Shown here: piece by piece, positions 37,155 to 47,473 of the stretch
Layout: the number at the start of each line of letters is the position of its first letter
Numbering within the stretch: position 1 is the first letter of the stretch
Assembly: GCA_036517255.1 (NCBI GenBank)
Contig: DATDXE010000017.1
Location: 39,599-103,598, forward strand
Origin: Minisyncoccota bacterium
Lineage (GTDB): Bacteria; Patescibacteriota; Minisyncoccia; Phycocordibacterales; WO2-35-19
Length of the DNA stretch: 64,000 bases
Direction: 5' to 3'
Position numbers and translations under genes: made by a program
Notes under the pieces: generated by a model
Databases searched by the model: none
Told to the model about the DNA's origin: nothing
What the model saw: only the letters and a program-made list of their open reading frames with translations

Positions 37155-38501
37155 ATGGCAAGTAAACCTATAATAGTACGGTTCCCCCCTAGTCCGACGG
37201 GGTTGCTCCATGTGGGAGGAGTAAGGACTGCTCTTTATAATTACCTTTTTGCTAAACAGAACGGGGGTAAATTTTTACTACGTATAGAAGACACAGATAA
37301 AGAGAGGAGTAAAAAAGAGTATGAGGAAGATATTATAGATTCTTTAAATTGGCTCGGTTTAGATTGGGATAACAAAGGAAGTGAGTGGAGACAAAGTGAC
37401 AGAACAGAAATTTACAGAGGGAAAATACAAGAACTTATCCAGAAAGGAGCTGCTTATATTGCAGAATTACAGGAAGGAGAGACGGACGAAGATAAAAGAG
37501 TAGTGAGATTCAAAAACCCAGGAGGAAAAATAAAATTTCAAGATTTGATCCGAGGGGAGGTGGAAATGGAAGTAGGTGATCTCAATGATTTTATCATTGC
37601 CAAAAATATTGAGGAACCACTCTACCACCTGGTTGTCGTTGTAGACGATATGGAGTCGAGAGTGACTCATGTCATAAGAGGGGAAGATGGTATTTCAAAT
37701 ACTCCTCGTCAGATACTCATTCTCGAAGCTCTAGGTGGCGCTCGGCCTATTTACGCCCATTTACCACTAGTGCTTGCAGAGGATAAATCAAAACTCTCGA
37801 AGAGGAAGCATGGAGAGGCTGTTTCGCTCAAGTACTATCGCGATCGTGGTTATAGCCCGGAAGCAATATTAAATTTCGTTGCATTGATTGGCTGGAATCC
37901 TGGAACGGATCAGGAGGTATTTACTTTGGATGAGTTGGTCAAGGTATTTGACCTCTCTAAGGTGCAGAAAAAGGGAGGAGTGTTTGATATCAAAAAATTG
38001 GATTGGGTAAGTCGAGAGCATTTATTGAAAGAAAGTAAAAATGGAAAGATGGAAAAATTGGGAGAACAAATACAGAAAACAAAATATAAGGATAGTGAAA
38101 AATGGGGTGATTATGGATTCCTCGATAAATTTTTAGATATAATCTTAGATAGAATTCATAGGTGGGGCGAAGTGAGCGAGGTGCTTGAGGCAGGGGAGTA
38201 TGACTACTTATTTATCGATCCTGTCTTGGACAGGGGATTGATCGCTTGGAAAAAAAGTAGTCCAGAAAAAGCGAAAGAAAATTTAGAGAAGATAATTGAA
38301 ATCATTGATTCAAAAGTAAATGATAAAAGATTAGAGATAGAGACATTAGCAGGGGAGAGAGGGAAGGGAGATGTGCTTTGGCCCCTGCGTTATTCCCTAT
38401 CCGGTAAAGAAAAATCACCTGACCCGTTTACGCTACTTGATATTTTAGGAGTGGAGGAAAGTAAAAAAAGAATAAAAGCTGTGATTGAGATATTAAATTA
38501 A
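37155..38501 (+). CDS. gltX: Glutamate--tRNA ligase
   Basis: …RFPPSPTGLLHVGGVRTALYNY… HIGH-type region and KLSKRK motif. Confidence 0.85.
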   Translation: MASKPIIVRFPPSPTGLLHVGGVRTALYNYLFAKQNGGKFLLRIEDTDKERSKKEYEEDIIDSLNWLGLDWDNKGSEWRQSDRTEIYRGKIQELIQKGAAYIAELQEGETDEDKRVVRFKNPGGKIKFQDLIRGEVEMEVGDLNDFIIAKNIEEPLYHLVVVVDDMESRVTHVIRGEDGISNTPRQILILEALGGARPIYAHLPLVLAEDKSKLSKRKHGEAVSLKYYRDRGYSPEAILNFVALIGWNPGTDQEVFTLDELVKVFDLSKVQKKGGVFDIKKLDWVSREHLLKESKNGKMEKLGEQIQKTKYKDSEKWGDYGFLDKFLDIILDRIHRWGEVSEVLEAGEYDYLFIDPVLDRGLIAWKKSSPEKAKENLEKIIEIIDSKVNDKRLEIETLAGERGKGDVLWPLRYSLSGKEKSPDPFTLLDILGVEESKKRIKAVIEILN

Positions 38502-38545
38502 AAAATTGAAAATCATAAATTCATTAAAAATTGAAAATCATAAAC
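38502..38545 (+). repeat. 19-bp direct repeat AAAAATTGAAAATCATAAA x2 spanning the gltX stop and the TTG start of the M23 peptidase gene
   Basis: Two exact copies at 38502-38520 and 38527-38545; related AAAAATTGAAAAT upstream of cysS (54552-54566). Confidence 0.4.
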
Positions 38546-39831
38546 CAGCCCGACGAAGTCATTCTGGCGAGTTAAAAATTGCCGTCACCTTATCGGCCTT
38601 ATTTTTGTTTGGTGCGGTGGGCGTTTTTGCTCAAAATGTAACCGAGCTCGAAAACAAAATAGAAAACCATACAGAAGAAATAAAAAAACTCGATCAGGAA
38701 ATTAAAAAATGGGAGGGGGAAATAAACAGTAAACAGCGGGAAGCTAAGACTCTACAAAACACGATTCAAATTCTGGACACTAATGCTAAAAAAATAGGTA
38801 CCGAAATAAAGAAAACAGAAGTAAATATAAGTAAGGTCAATCTTTCCATATCAGAACTATCAAAAGAAATCTCTATTATTGAAGGTAAAATAGAGATAAA
38901 TTTTAAAGCTACTGCTTTGTCTTTAAGCGATCTCAATAGAGCCGATGACGAGTCGCTTGTAGAGGTATTTTTGGGTAGTGAAAGTATGGCTGAAGTACTT
39001 GATCAGTATGAAAGTGCTGGCCAGTTCCAGGATAGTATAAGGAGCAAGAGTGTTGAGCTAAGCCAGTATAAAGATGATTTGCAAGGTAAGAAGGTGGAAG
39101 TCGAAGGTGAAAAAAAGGAGTTGGTTAGTTTGAAAACTGAATTGGGCGACCAAAAGATGGTGCTCGATATAAACAAGAAAGAGAAAAATACTGTACTAAC
39201 TGAAACAAAAAATAAAGAATCGGAGTATAAAAAGATATTGGCTCAGAAGCAGATTGAAAAAGAAAAATTTGAAAAGGAGTTGTTTGATTTTGAATCGCAA
39301 TTGAAAATTGCTATCGATCCAAATAACTATGCTTCCGCTAAAAAAGGAGTGCTAGAGTGGCCTCTTGATAGTATTTTTATTACTCAGCAGTTCGGCAAGA
39401 CTGCTGATGCTAAGAGGCTCTACACTTCAGGTACTCACAATGGTGTGGACTTTAGAGCCTCACGAGGCACTAGAGTCTTGGCTTCACTTTCTGGCGTGGT
39501 GCAAAGCACGGGTAATACCGATGCTCAAAAGAGTTGTTACTCATACGGTAAATGGGTACTTATAAAACATGGTAACGGCCTGACGACTCTTTATGCTCAT
39601 CTTGATCTTATAAAGGTTGTTGCCGGTCAAGCCGTAAGCACAAGTGATATAATTGGTTACAGCGGACAAACCGGCTATGCCACTGGGCCTCACCTTCACT
39701 TCACGCTCTATGCGAGTGAAGGTGTGAGCGTCCAGAGGTATTCCCAAAGCCGTAATTGTAAGAATGTCGACATTCCTGTTGCTTCAAGCAATGCGTATCT
39801 CGATCCGATGAGATATTTTCCATCTTTATAA
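38506..39831 (+). CDS. Peptidase M23 family murein endopeptidase with N-terminal signal/anchor and long coiled-coil (EnvC-like)
   Basis: C-terminal …GTHNGVDFRASRGTRVLA…YAHLDLI…GYSGQTGYATGPHLHF… LytM motif; TTG start. Confidence 0.8.
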   Translation: MKIINSLKIENHKPARRSHSGELKIAVTLSALFLFGAVGVFAQNVTELENKIENHTEEIKKLDQEIKKWEGEINSKQREAKTLQNTIQILDTNAKKIGTEIKKTEVNISKVNLSISELSKEISIIEGKIEINFKATALSLSDLNRADDESLVEVFLGSESMAEVLDQYESAGQFQDSIRSKSVELSQYKDDLQGKKVEVEGEKKELVSLKTELGDQKMVLDINKKEKNTVLTETKNKESEYKKILAQKQIEKEKFEKELFDFESQLKIAIDPNNYASAKKGVLEWPLDSIFITQQFGKTADAKRLYTSGTHNGVDFRASRGTRVLASLSGVVQSTGNTDAQKSCYSYGKWVLIKHGNGLTTLYAHLDLIKVVAGQAVSTSDIIGYSGQTGYATGPHLHFTLYASEGVSVQRYSQSRNCKNVDIPVASSNAYLDPMRYFPSL

Positions 39832-39853
39832 AATAAAAATAATTTTTAAAAAT

Positions 39854-40048
39854 ATGAAAAAAAATCAAGTAAATAATGAAGGCAACTTCCCTCTTGATAA
39901 AGCAGGGGAGAGGGGCTTCATAAGAGAGATAGTATTAATAGTAGTGGCACTTATTGTAGTGAAGTATTATTTCGATGTAGATGTGATCGCGTATGGGGAA
40001 GAATACTTCGGAAAACTAGTTGGCTGGGTAAAAGGCTGGTTTGACTAA
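39854..40048 (+). CDS. Small hypothetical membrane protein (64 aa)
   Basis: Single TM (IVLIVVALIVV); followed by a strong terminator; no similarity recognised. Confidence 0.3.
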   Translation: MKKNQVNNEGNFPLDKAGERGFIREIVLIVVALIVVKYYFDVDVIAYGEEYFGKLVGWVKGWFD

Positions 40049-40147
40049 ATTCTCAAAGAGACCTTTTGTCTAAAGGCCAATAGTGTCAAAACATATATTG
40101 TGCGACGTTAGTACCCTAGAGCATTGTTCTCCCCCGTCGCAAAAGAA

Positions 40148-40187
40148 AACCACCCCTGACCTATTTGGCTCGGGGTGGTTTTTTTTA
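40148..40187 (+). terminator. Rho-independent terminator AACCACCCC-loop-GGGGTGGTT + T8
   Basis: 9-bp stem and TTTTTTTT run read directly. Confidence 0.6.
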
Positions 40188-40206
40188 TTAATTGACTCCT
40201 TTGCTG

Positions 40207-40764
40207 TTACCTATTCAGAGCAAGCTCTGTACGGTATTTGGAGTAAGCTTCGGTTTTCTTCCAACACTTTGAGGATGAGATCCAAGGCTGGAGACCTTCC
40301 TTTTCGAAGAGATACCTCGCATAAGCGGTGTTACCTTCTATAGTATGAAGATCTATACCAAGTTTCTCAGCACGATCAAGGTGATAATATTCATTGATCT
40401 GCATCACTCCCTTGTCGCTCTTGTTTACGAAACCGACGAGAGTTTTTCCATTTTTATCATGCTGCCTAAACTGTGACTCACAGCGAGCAACCTCGACAAG
40501 TACGGGCACATCAGAGAAATACTTGTTAACGTATTCCTCCACAGTCAATTCAGATTGGACATTTTCAGTGATGTCGATATTATCTTGAGAAAGAACGCCG
40601 TTAAAGTTTGCTCCGATACCCGATACTGACATAAGAAGACCAATCGCTGTAATCTGGAAAATAAGCCTAAGTTTTAAGTATAATCCGTTTACTCTCCTTT
40701 TCTCTTTGATGTTGCTCCAGAGTATTCGGGAGCCTATCTTGGAAAGAATCGAGAACACAACCAT
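40207..40764 (-). CDS. Lysozyme-like / lytic-transglycosylase-like domain protein with N-terminal TM
   Basis: …VARCESQFRQ…GVMQINEYYH… resembles the transglycosylase catalytic Glu-Ser…Q motif; assignment tentative. Confidence 0.4.
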   Translation of the reverse strand: MVVFSILSKIGSRILWSNIKEKRRVNGLYLKLRLIFQITAIGLLMSVSGIGANFNGVLSQDNIDITENVQSELTVEEYVNKYFSDVPVLVEVARCESQFRQHDKNGKTLVGFVNKSDKGVMQINEYYHLDRAEKLGIDLHTIEGNTAYARYLFEKEGLQPWISSSKCWKKTEAYSKYRTELALNR

Positions 40765-40929
40765 TAATTCTGCTCTCGCTTTGACCAGTTAGGCTCTGAC
40801 TTCCCTTATAAAGGAAAGGTCCGGTAAGAAACCAGACTTGTATACATTATACACCTATTCAACCTTGCTGTCAATAGTAATCTGTGGTCAAATAATTTGA
40901 CCCGAAAAAGACTCAAGAATAAGCCTAAA

Positions 40930-40978
40930 ATACCAAGGATGACCTTCAGGCTGCTGTACTGAGGGTCATCCTTGGTAT
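40930..40978. repeat. Palindromic element copy ATACCAAGGATGACC-N19-GGTCATCCTTGGTAT immediately 3' of the surface-protein gene
   Basis: 15-bp inverted arms read directly. Confidence 0.55.
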
Positions 40979-40983
40979 TTTTT

Positions 40984-43677
40984 CTAGAATTCTTGATATG
41001 TCGGATCTATAGCAAAATTGGCTGTACAGCTGACGGAGGAACTCACTGTAAAGCTATATGAAGGATTGGTGCCACTGCAATTCCCTGTCCATCGAACGAA
41101 TATCCTGCCTGTAGCTGGGGTGGCAATGAGAGTAACATTAGAATCTTGGGCGTATGTTTCTGAACAGTCAGCTCCACAGTTGATTCCTCCTGGATTACTT
41201 ACTACTGTTCCCTGCCCTGTTTTGTTGACACTTACATTTACCGTAGGGTTCTGTACTGTTATGGTTATATTATCAGTACCGTTTCCTGGTTGACAGGTAG
41301 CGGTGTAGGTTCTTGATGAAGTGAGGTTACCGGTAGCTTGGTTGCCAGAAGTGCCTGTCCAGCCGGTTGGTGATACTGTACATCCTCCACTAGCCCCATT
41401 TGAACTCCAGATTATATTTGTGCCTGTGTTGTAGGGTATGGTAGTTTGCCCGGCATTTATATCTACTGTAGCAGCTGAAGCCTGTTTGGCCCAAGAGAAA
41501 CTGTATGAAGCCCCTCCTCCATTTTCGTAATATTCCATGACTAAAGTTTTATTTCCTGCTGTAACTGCAACTGGTGTAGATGCTACCGTTCTATAACCAT
41601 GGTCGCTCCAATCATTTACTAAGTAACCAGAATCGGGGCTGCCGTCAAGATTATTGTCGAAATAAAGCCTTACCCCATCGTCCCCTCCTATAGTAAATAT
41701 ATAATTGCCGGCAGTGAAATTGAACGTGCCTTTTGATCTTATGGAATAGGTATTAGTATTTGAAGAATCAGGGCCGCTATTCCCCCAATCTCTATATGGA
41801 ATAGGGCTTGCAGTATCAGGGGCTGGACTTGATAAAGCGGATTGATTTACTGCTGTGGTCGTAATCGTGTTGAAAGCCATTCCATCATAGAGACAGCCTT
41901 TCATAAAGTTTGATCCTGCTCCCGTATCGCAGGAAGCGAGTGGAGCTACAGTCACCGTTACCGATCCGTTTCCTGTTCCTCCCGGGCCAGTACAACTGAG
42001 GGAGTAGGTCGTAGAAGTAGTTATATTTCCAGTCGAGACGCCTGTACTATTAGTAGTTCCGGTAGACCAATTTCCTGCTGGCATATTAGTTCCTGTGCAA
42101 CTTGTAGCATTAGTTATGGTCCAAGAAATATTAGAGGAAGTATTGTAGGCAATGGAAGTAGGGTTTGCGGTAAGAGTTATCGTCGGTAGTCCTGGCACTG
42201 CCGCCCGGCTGGCGGTACATGAAGCAGAGGTACTGCCGCCGTTTTGCCCACTACAAGTCCAATTTACTGAAGTGCCTGCAGCTGGGAACGAAGTGTTCGA
42301 AGAGGATCCATTGCCACACTGGGTATCTGGACTGTATTGGGTTATGCTAGAAGCATAGGTTTTTCCATTCGCTGTGCCGCAAGTGCCATTTATTGGAGCA
42401 ACTGTTGCAGTAAATGTCTGAACAACACAATTATTGGATTCGTTAGATTCAGAAACTGAATTATTTATATCAGCGCAAAATTCAAAACGATGAGTGCCCG
42501 CATTAATAGAAGCATTCCAGTTTTCACTTTCTGAGGCTCCGGAAGACAGTGCCCCTGTCGTTGCGTTTCCTGGAGTTAGATCCCACGAGCCATTATTCCC
42601 AATATCTATTCTTAATCGAGCCTGACTAGAACCAGCAGAACCTGCTCCGGAATTCCTAATATTTACTCTGAAGTCCATATTACCAGCAGAGACTGAGCCT
42701 CCTGGGAGTACGACTTCTGCAATCAAATCAGGCCGAGTAACATTTATTGTAAGAAGCCCGCCCAAATCATATCTATCGTCACTATTCCAGCGTCCTCTTA
42801 TTCCAATAGAATAAGTTGATAAGGGAGTGTTGGCGGCCGTTACGACTCTGAAGGTAGTACTTGCCATGCCATTATTGGGCACACTTACATTTGTAACCGT
42901 AAAATTGCAAGTAGCGTTGTTGGGACAAGCGTAGTATCGACTCATATTGACCGTACCCGACATACCGTCAATTGCTTGTATAGTTATCGGGTAGTATGCA
43001 GTCTGTCCCGCGTTTATAGTTTTACTTTTAGGTGAATTCAAAGTGACGGTGAAATCGGGTGGGGGCGCGCTACAATCTCCCCCACTACTTATATTGCAAT
43101 TACTATAGTTTTCTCCAGCATACTCTTGGCATACTCCGTCTCCGCAAGTAGGTCCGGAAGGTTCATCAGAGGCTGGCACCACTATTTGGTACCCATCGTG
43201 ATCCGCAGTACCGGCACAAAAAGAATTAGAGATTGAAGGTGGAACTTGTGTACCTCCAGGCTGAAGTCGCCTACCCTGGTATTGCAAACCATTATTACAA
43301 TCAAAAATTTGAGTCCCAGAAGGATAATCTCCATTCATAAATCCCTGCAGAATTGGAGGAGTAATCCAGACCCAAGGGTCTGACACCAGAGAACCAGGAT
43401 CACAAGCCAGAACCGTCGGATAACATATGCCAGGACTATAAACATTCATACTAAAAAACCCCAGGTCATTTATACTTTCAATGAAATCATAACTCTCAAG
43501 CACAACCTCACGCCAAGAAGAGGTATTCATAAAAGAAATATCCATCCTGTCTGACCAACCAAAATTTTGTTCTTGAAAGAAATAGGTTTTAGCTGGCTCA
43601 GCATCTACTATCGTCGGAATACAGAAGAGAAAAAGAGTGTAGACAATTAATAATAACTTTCTGGAAATAGATTTCAT
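40984..43677 (-). CDS. Large secreted Thr/Ser/Gly/Asn-rich surface protein with PA14 domain and C-terminal InlB-B-repeat-like domain
   Basis: N-terminal signal peptide; …GNYIFTIGGDDGVRLYFDNN…DHGYRTVASTPVAVTAGNKTLVMEYYENGGGASYSFSWA… PA14-like; …GQGTVVSNPGGINCGADCSETYAQDSNVTLIATPATGRIFVRWTGNCSG… bacterial-repeat domain. Confidence 0.7.
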   Translation of the reverse strand: MKSISRKLLLIVYTLFLFCIPTIVDAEPAKTYFFQEQNFGWSDRMDISFMNTSSWREVVLESYDFIESINDLGFFSMNVYSPGICYPTVLACDPGSLVSDPWVWITPPILQGFMNGDYPSGTQIFDCNNGLQYQGRRLQPGGTQVPPSISNSFCAGTADHDGYQIVVPASDEPSGPTCGDGVCQEYAGENYSNCNISSGGDCSAPPPDFTVTLNSPKSKTINAGQTAYYPITIQAIDGMSGTVNMSRYYACPNNATCNFTVTNVSVPNNGMASTTFRVVTAANTPLSTYSIGIRGRWNSDDRYDLGGLLTINVTRPDLIAEVVLPGGSVSAGNMDFRVNIRNSGAGSAGSSQARLRIDIGNNGSWDLTPGNATTGALSSGASESENWNASINAGTHRFEFCADINNSVSESNESNNCVVQTFTATVAPINGTCGTANGKTYASSITQYSPDTQCGNGSSSNTSFPAAGTSVNWTCSGQNGGSTSASCTASRAAVPGLPTITLTANPTSIAYNTSSNISWTITNATSCTGTNMPAGNWSTGTTNSTGVSTGNITTSTTYSLSCTGPGGTGNGSVTVTVAPLASCDTGAGSNFMKGCLYDGMAFNTITTTAVNQSALSSPAPDTASPIPYRDWGNSGPDSSNTNTYSIRSKGTFNFTAGNYIFTIGGDDGVRLYFDNNLDGSPDSGYLVNDWSDHGYRTVASTPVAVTAGNKTLVMEYYENGGGASYSFSWAKQASAATVDINAGQTTIPYNTGTNIIWSSNGASGGCTVSPTGWTGTSGNQATGNLTSSRTYTATCQPGNGTDNITITVQNPTVNVSVNKTGQGTVVSNPGGINCGADCSETYAQDSNVTLIATPATGRIFVRWTGNCSGTNPSYSFTVSSSVSCTANFAIDPTYQEF

Positions 43678-43681
43678 ATCT

Positions 43682-44152
43682 TTATTTTATACTAGTTATT
43701 GATACAACCGGAGAATTAACCACAACACTCACAACTATACCGTTCTTGGTCATTATTATATTTTTGAAGCTTTTATCGAAAGTGGCCACTTCCCAATTAT
43801 TATCTAAAAAGTACTTTGCATAAAGATTATTGATAGCCTTTAGAGTTAAATTACTACTATACGAAATGGTGGATTGGGTCTTACCATCCTCTGTTTTGCT
43901 GGTATAGCTCGATAGAATGACAGCGTCTTTATCTAATACAATATCCTGGGGTAGATCAGATGGAATTTCCTCATTGGACAGTGGCAAAATACTATTTGTA
44001 TTTTGATTTTCTTCCTTTGGTAGAACTTTAGTAAGAGATCCATTATTCCAATACAAAAAGGCTGTAAGTAGAATAATCACCACTACAGCCAAAATTGCCT
44101 GATACTTCCTCCTACCGTTGGTAGACTGATCCATCCCAAAATTATACAGCAA
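43682..44152 (-). CDS. Hypothetical membrane-anchored protein (156 aa)
   Basis: One N-terminal TM (ILAVVVIILLTAFLYW), rest Ser/Thr/Asn-rich; no family recognised. Confidence 0.4.
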   Translation of the reverse strand: MLYNFGMDQSTNGRRKYQAILAVVVIILLTAFLYWNNGSLTKVLPKEENQNTNSILPLSNEEIPSDLPQDIVLDKDAVILSSYTSKTEDGKTQSTISYSSNLTLKAINNLYAKYFLDNNWEVATFDKSFKNIIMTKNGIVVSVVVNSPVVSITSIK

Positions 44153-44168
44153 AAATAAAAAGCGTATC

Positions 44169-44882
44169 TTATTTTGTGGATAAGGCCTGATCGATAATTT
44201 GCTTCAATTCAGTATAAGAAAGCGCGCCGACATGTTTTTGACCGTTGATAATGAAAGAGGGGGTACCAGAAATACCAACCTTTCCCGCCATTTGTATGTC
44301 AGCATTTACGACACTGGTCTTCTCTCCCCCATCGAGGCATTTATTAAATTCATTGGTATCTAGACTGAGATCTGATGCATAACGCTTGAGACTAGGAATG
44401 TCTAGCCCTGCTCCATTCGACTTACCATTTTCAAAAAGTAAGTCGTGATACTGCCAAAATTTATTTTGATCGTTTGCACATTCACTTGCCTCGGCTGCTT
44501 TGTGTGCAGACGGGTGTAAGGAAGCTATGGGAAACTGCCTGTATATAAAAGTTATTTTATTAGTATCGACGTACTCTTCTTTTATCTGTTTGTATGTCGT
44601 ATTCCAAAACTGCTGACAAAATGGGCATTGAAAGTCAGAGAATTCATATACCACCACTTCCCCGTCCCCCTCTGTCGCTTCATCTGCTCTAGATACAATA
44701 TCTATTATTTCCGTGTTTTCTTGTTGAACATTTATTTCTTGTTTTTGACTTGCTTCTGATGAAGTATTATTACTACTCCAGAAAATACTTATAGCAATAA
44801 GTATGCCACTCAATAAAATGCTATTTGAGACTGATAGTATATCTTTATTCTGATCCATTGATGTGTACTGTATCACTTTCAC
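44169..44882 (-). CDS. DsbA-family thiol:disulfide oxidoreductase, membrane-anchored
   Basis: …YEFSDFQCPFCQQF… CxxC thioredoxin-fold motif. Confidence 0.75.
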   Translation of the reverse strand: MKVIQYTSMDQNKDILSVSNSILLSGILIAISIFWSSNNTSSEASQKQEINVQQENTEIIDIVSRADEATEGDGEVVVYEFSDFQCPFCQQFWNTTYKQIKEEYVDTNKITFIYRQFPIASLHPSAHKAAEASECANDQNKFWQYHDLLFENGKSNGAGLDIPSLKRYASDLSLDTNEFNKCLDGGEKTSVVNADIQMAGKVGISGTPSFIINGQKHVGALSYTELKQIIDQALSTK

Positions 44883-46263
44883 TCAAACCAGACAATACTT
44901 CCACATAGCCATCACTTCCTGTAATACCGGTTGTTATTTCCACCTTTTCTATAATCTTTTTCTCTACAAATTTATTTACGTACATTTTACCATCTTCTCT
45001 CATCACCGCGTATGTTGGTATCGAGAGAACATCTTTTTTTTCCGCTGAAGCTATAGTTACCCCTGCAGTAAGGCCACTTCTTATTTTGACATCTGGATTG
45101 TTTATTTCTATCCTCAATTTATAATTCACCACTTCGTCTACCACTGTTTCTCCCGGATCTATGAAGGTCACAGTGCCCTGGAACTTTTCTCCCGGATAAG
45201 CATCGAATTCGATCTTGACCACATTGCCTGCTGCTACTTTACCGATATTTATTTCAGAAACATTAGCCTCTATATACATGTCGTTTTCCGAGATGACTGA
45301 GACAAATATTTCTCCTGCTTGAGCGATTTCTCCCACATCAGCATCTTGCCTACTCACCGTACCACCGAAAGGAGCTGTAATGCGTGATTTACGCAGCTCA
45401 GCTTCTAGAGAGGAGATAGATGATTTGATTTGATTAACCCTTTCCTCTCCTGCGCCACTTGCACTAAGTACTCCATCGCGCGCAGTGGCCACTGTGTTTC
45501 TGGCGCTGTCTATGGCAGTTTTATAACCAGTGACAGTTGCTTCATAAGCAAAATTAGCGGGGGCAAAAGAGTTGACGGCGTAAGCTACTTTATTTAAGAA
45601 ATTAGAAACAGTGTTTATTCGCTCCAGAGCGATACTCACAAAATTTTTACTGTCACTAGAATTGAGCTGTAAAAGTTCGGCCTGGAATTTATTGAGAGTT
45701 ATTTCGATGTCAAAACGATTTGAGTTTAGTTCTATCACGATGTCGGATGGTACAGAGAAATAGTGTACGTAGTTTCCATCACTAAACTTAACTTCGAAAT
45801 TAGGATTGGTGCGCGGAGTTTTGAAAAATTGATCAGCCTTGTTTCGCACTGCATTGTCGGCCGCACTAAAAGCTTCACGAATGGCCGATTCGATCTTCTT
45901 CCCCTCGTCCAAAAGCCCGGATTCCTCTTCAGCTAAAAGCGCTCTTTCCTTGGCCAAATTTGCTAAATCAGCTCCCATATCAAGCTCAGCAATAACTTGT
46001 CCTTGCACTACCCTATTACCCACCTCGACATAAGAGCGGGCCACTCTGCCATTTTTATCAAACCCTAGCTCTACCTCATTCCTGGCTTTAGTTTTTCCCG
46101 TCACCACCACTTCCTGTACAATATCTCTCCTCTCCACCTTGGCTATTTGTGCTTCCTCTCCTCCACCAGCTATCACAAAACCTATAATTACCACAAGCAA
46201 TAAAATAGCGGAAATAATGTATTTCTTTTTGAAAAATTTTGCCTTCATAAGATTTCCCATCAT
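44845..46263 (-). CDS. Efflux-pump periplasmic adaptor (HlyD/membrane-fusion protein family)
   Basis: N-terminal TM, coiled-coil, beta-barrel/lipoyl-like segments; adjacent to ABC ATPase. Confidence 0.75.
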   Translation of the reverse strand: MMGNLMKAKFFKKKYIISAILLLVVIIGFVIAGGGEEAQIAKVERRDIVQEVVVTGKTKARNEVELGFDKNGRVARSYVEVGNRVVQGQVIAELDMGADLANLAKERALLAEEESGLLDEGKKIESAIREAFSAADNAVRNKADQFFKTPRTNPNFEVKFSDGNYVHYFSVPSDIVIELNSNRFDIEITLNKFQAELLQLNSSDSKNFVSIALERINTVSNFLNKVAYAVNSFAPANFAYEATVTGYKTAIDSARNTVATARDGVLSASGAGEERVNQIKSSISSLEAELRKSRITAPFGGTVSRQDADVGEIAQAGEIFVSVISENDMYIEANVSEINIGKVAAGNVVKIEFDAYPGEKFQGTVTFIDPGETVVDEVVNYKLRIEINNPDVKIRSGLTAGVTIASAEKKDVLSIPTYAVMREDGKMYVNKFVEKKIIEKVEITTGITGSDGYVEVLSGLSESDTVHINGSE

Positions 46264-46270
46264 ACCACAT

Positions 46271-46942
46271 TTATCCCTCTATTATCCCATCGACTAATTT
46301 GAAAATTTTGTGGGTGAGGCGGGCGTATTCGGGCTCGTGAGTGACCATGACGATGGTCTGGCCGTGTTCTTTGTTGAGGTTGAGGAATACTTTGAGAACC
46401 GTGTCAGCTGTTTCTGAATCGAGGTTCGCAGTCGGCTCATCAGCAAAAATAATTTTGGGTTCATGAGCGATAGCCCGAGCGATAGAGACTCTCTGTTGTT
46501 CCCCACCAGAGAGCTGGCTCGGCAAGTTATCCATCCTATGTTCCAAATCCACCTTATCGAGTGCTTTGCGGGCAATTTCATAAGCTTTTTCTTTCTCATG
46601 GCCTTGCATAAGAAGCGGTACAGCTACATTTTCTAAAGCTGAGAGCTCTGGTACCAAAGCATAATCTTGGAAAACATAGCCCAGCTCTTTCAGTCGGAAG
46701 CCGACCCTTGCTTCTTCATTCAAGCTAGAAACATTTGTGCCATCTATGATAATTTCTCCTGAATTTGGATAATCAAGAAGCCCAAGTTGATACAAAAGGG
46801 TCGACTTACCAGAGCCTGACCTACCAGTGATAGCCACAAACTGCCCCTTCTCAATATTGAGCGACAAATCTTTTAGCACATGGAGTTCTTTGTCTCCAGA
46901 GCGAAAAGATTTCTTTAAATTTCTTACTTTAATTATTTGCAT
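46271..46942 (-). CDS. ABC transporter ATP-binding protein (MacB/LolD-type)
   Basis: Walker A GRSGSGKST, signature LSGGEQQRVSIARA, Walker B IIFADEPT. Confidence 0.9.
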   Translation of the reverse strand: MQIIKVRNLKKSFRSGDKELHVLKDLSLNIEKGQFVAITGRSGSGKSTLLYQLGLLDYPNSGEIIIDGTNVSSLNEEARVGFRLKELGYVFQDYALVPELSALENVAVPLLMQGHEKEKAYEIARKALDKVDLEHRMDNLPSQLSGGEQQRVSIARAIAHEPKIIFADEPTANLDSETADTVLKVFLNLNKEHGQTIVMVTHEPEYARLTHKIFKLVDGIIEG

Positions 46943-47001
46943 TTAGTCGTATATTTTATTATATTTCTATCCTATATTATCTTCTATTATTTTCCTAGGA
47001 A

Positions 47002-47463
47002 ATGCCTCCATTTAAATTATTTAAAAAAGTAAACCAAGAGATAAAATATAAGACTGAGAATAATGAGGACGGTCTTTATATTTATATACTCTTTCCTATT
47101 GCCTTCATCTTCCTGCTTACCTTCATGGGAGCCAGGATAATTAGTCATATAAACCCGGACTTACACATCCCATGGTGGGGGGTGCACGTGCACCATTATG
47201 CTTATGGTTTTTTCATTCTTGCGGCAGCTGGATATCTTTCCCTAGTTTTTTCTGGACCTAGGGCAAAATATTGGATAGCCATGCTGCACGGTTTTGGCCT
47301 TGGTCTTTCTTTCGATGAGTTTGGTATCTGGCTCCATCTCTCCGATGATGATTTGGCCAGATGGAGTTATGATGGTTTTCTCATCATCATTGGCCTTATC
47401 GTACTTATCCTCTCTGCCAAAAGAGGCATCAGATTCATTAAAAATTTTATCCCTTTCACCTAA
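47002..47463 (+). CDS. Hypothetical membrane protein (153 aa, about 4 TM; HVHHYAYGFF motif)
   Basis: ATG with AGGAA RBS; opposite strand to the flanking ABC genes. Confidence 0.45.
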   Translation: MPPFKLFKKVNQEIKYKTENNEDGLYIYILFPIAFIFLLTFMGARIISHINPDLHIPWWGVHVHHYAYGFFILAAAGYLSLVFSGPRAKYWIAMLHGFGLGLSFDEFGIWLHLSDDDLARWSYDGFLIIIGLIVLILSAKRGIRFIKNFIPFT

Positions 47464-47473
47464 ATTAACCAAT

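Noticed and set aside
38502-38545. CRISPR array
   Set aside because: Only two copies of a 19-bp AT-rich direct repeat with a 6-nt spacer and no cas genes; there is no other candidate array in the window.
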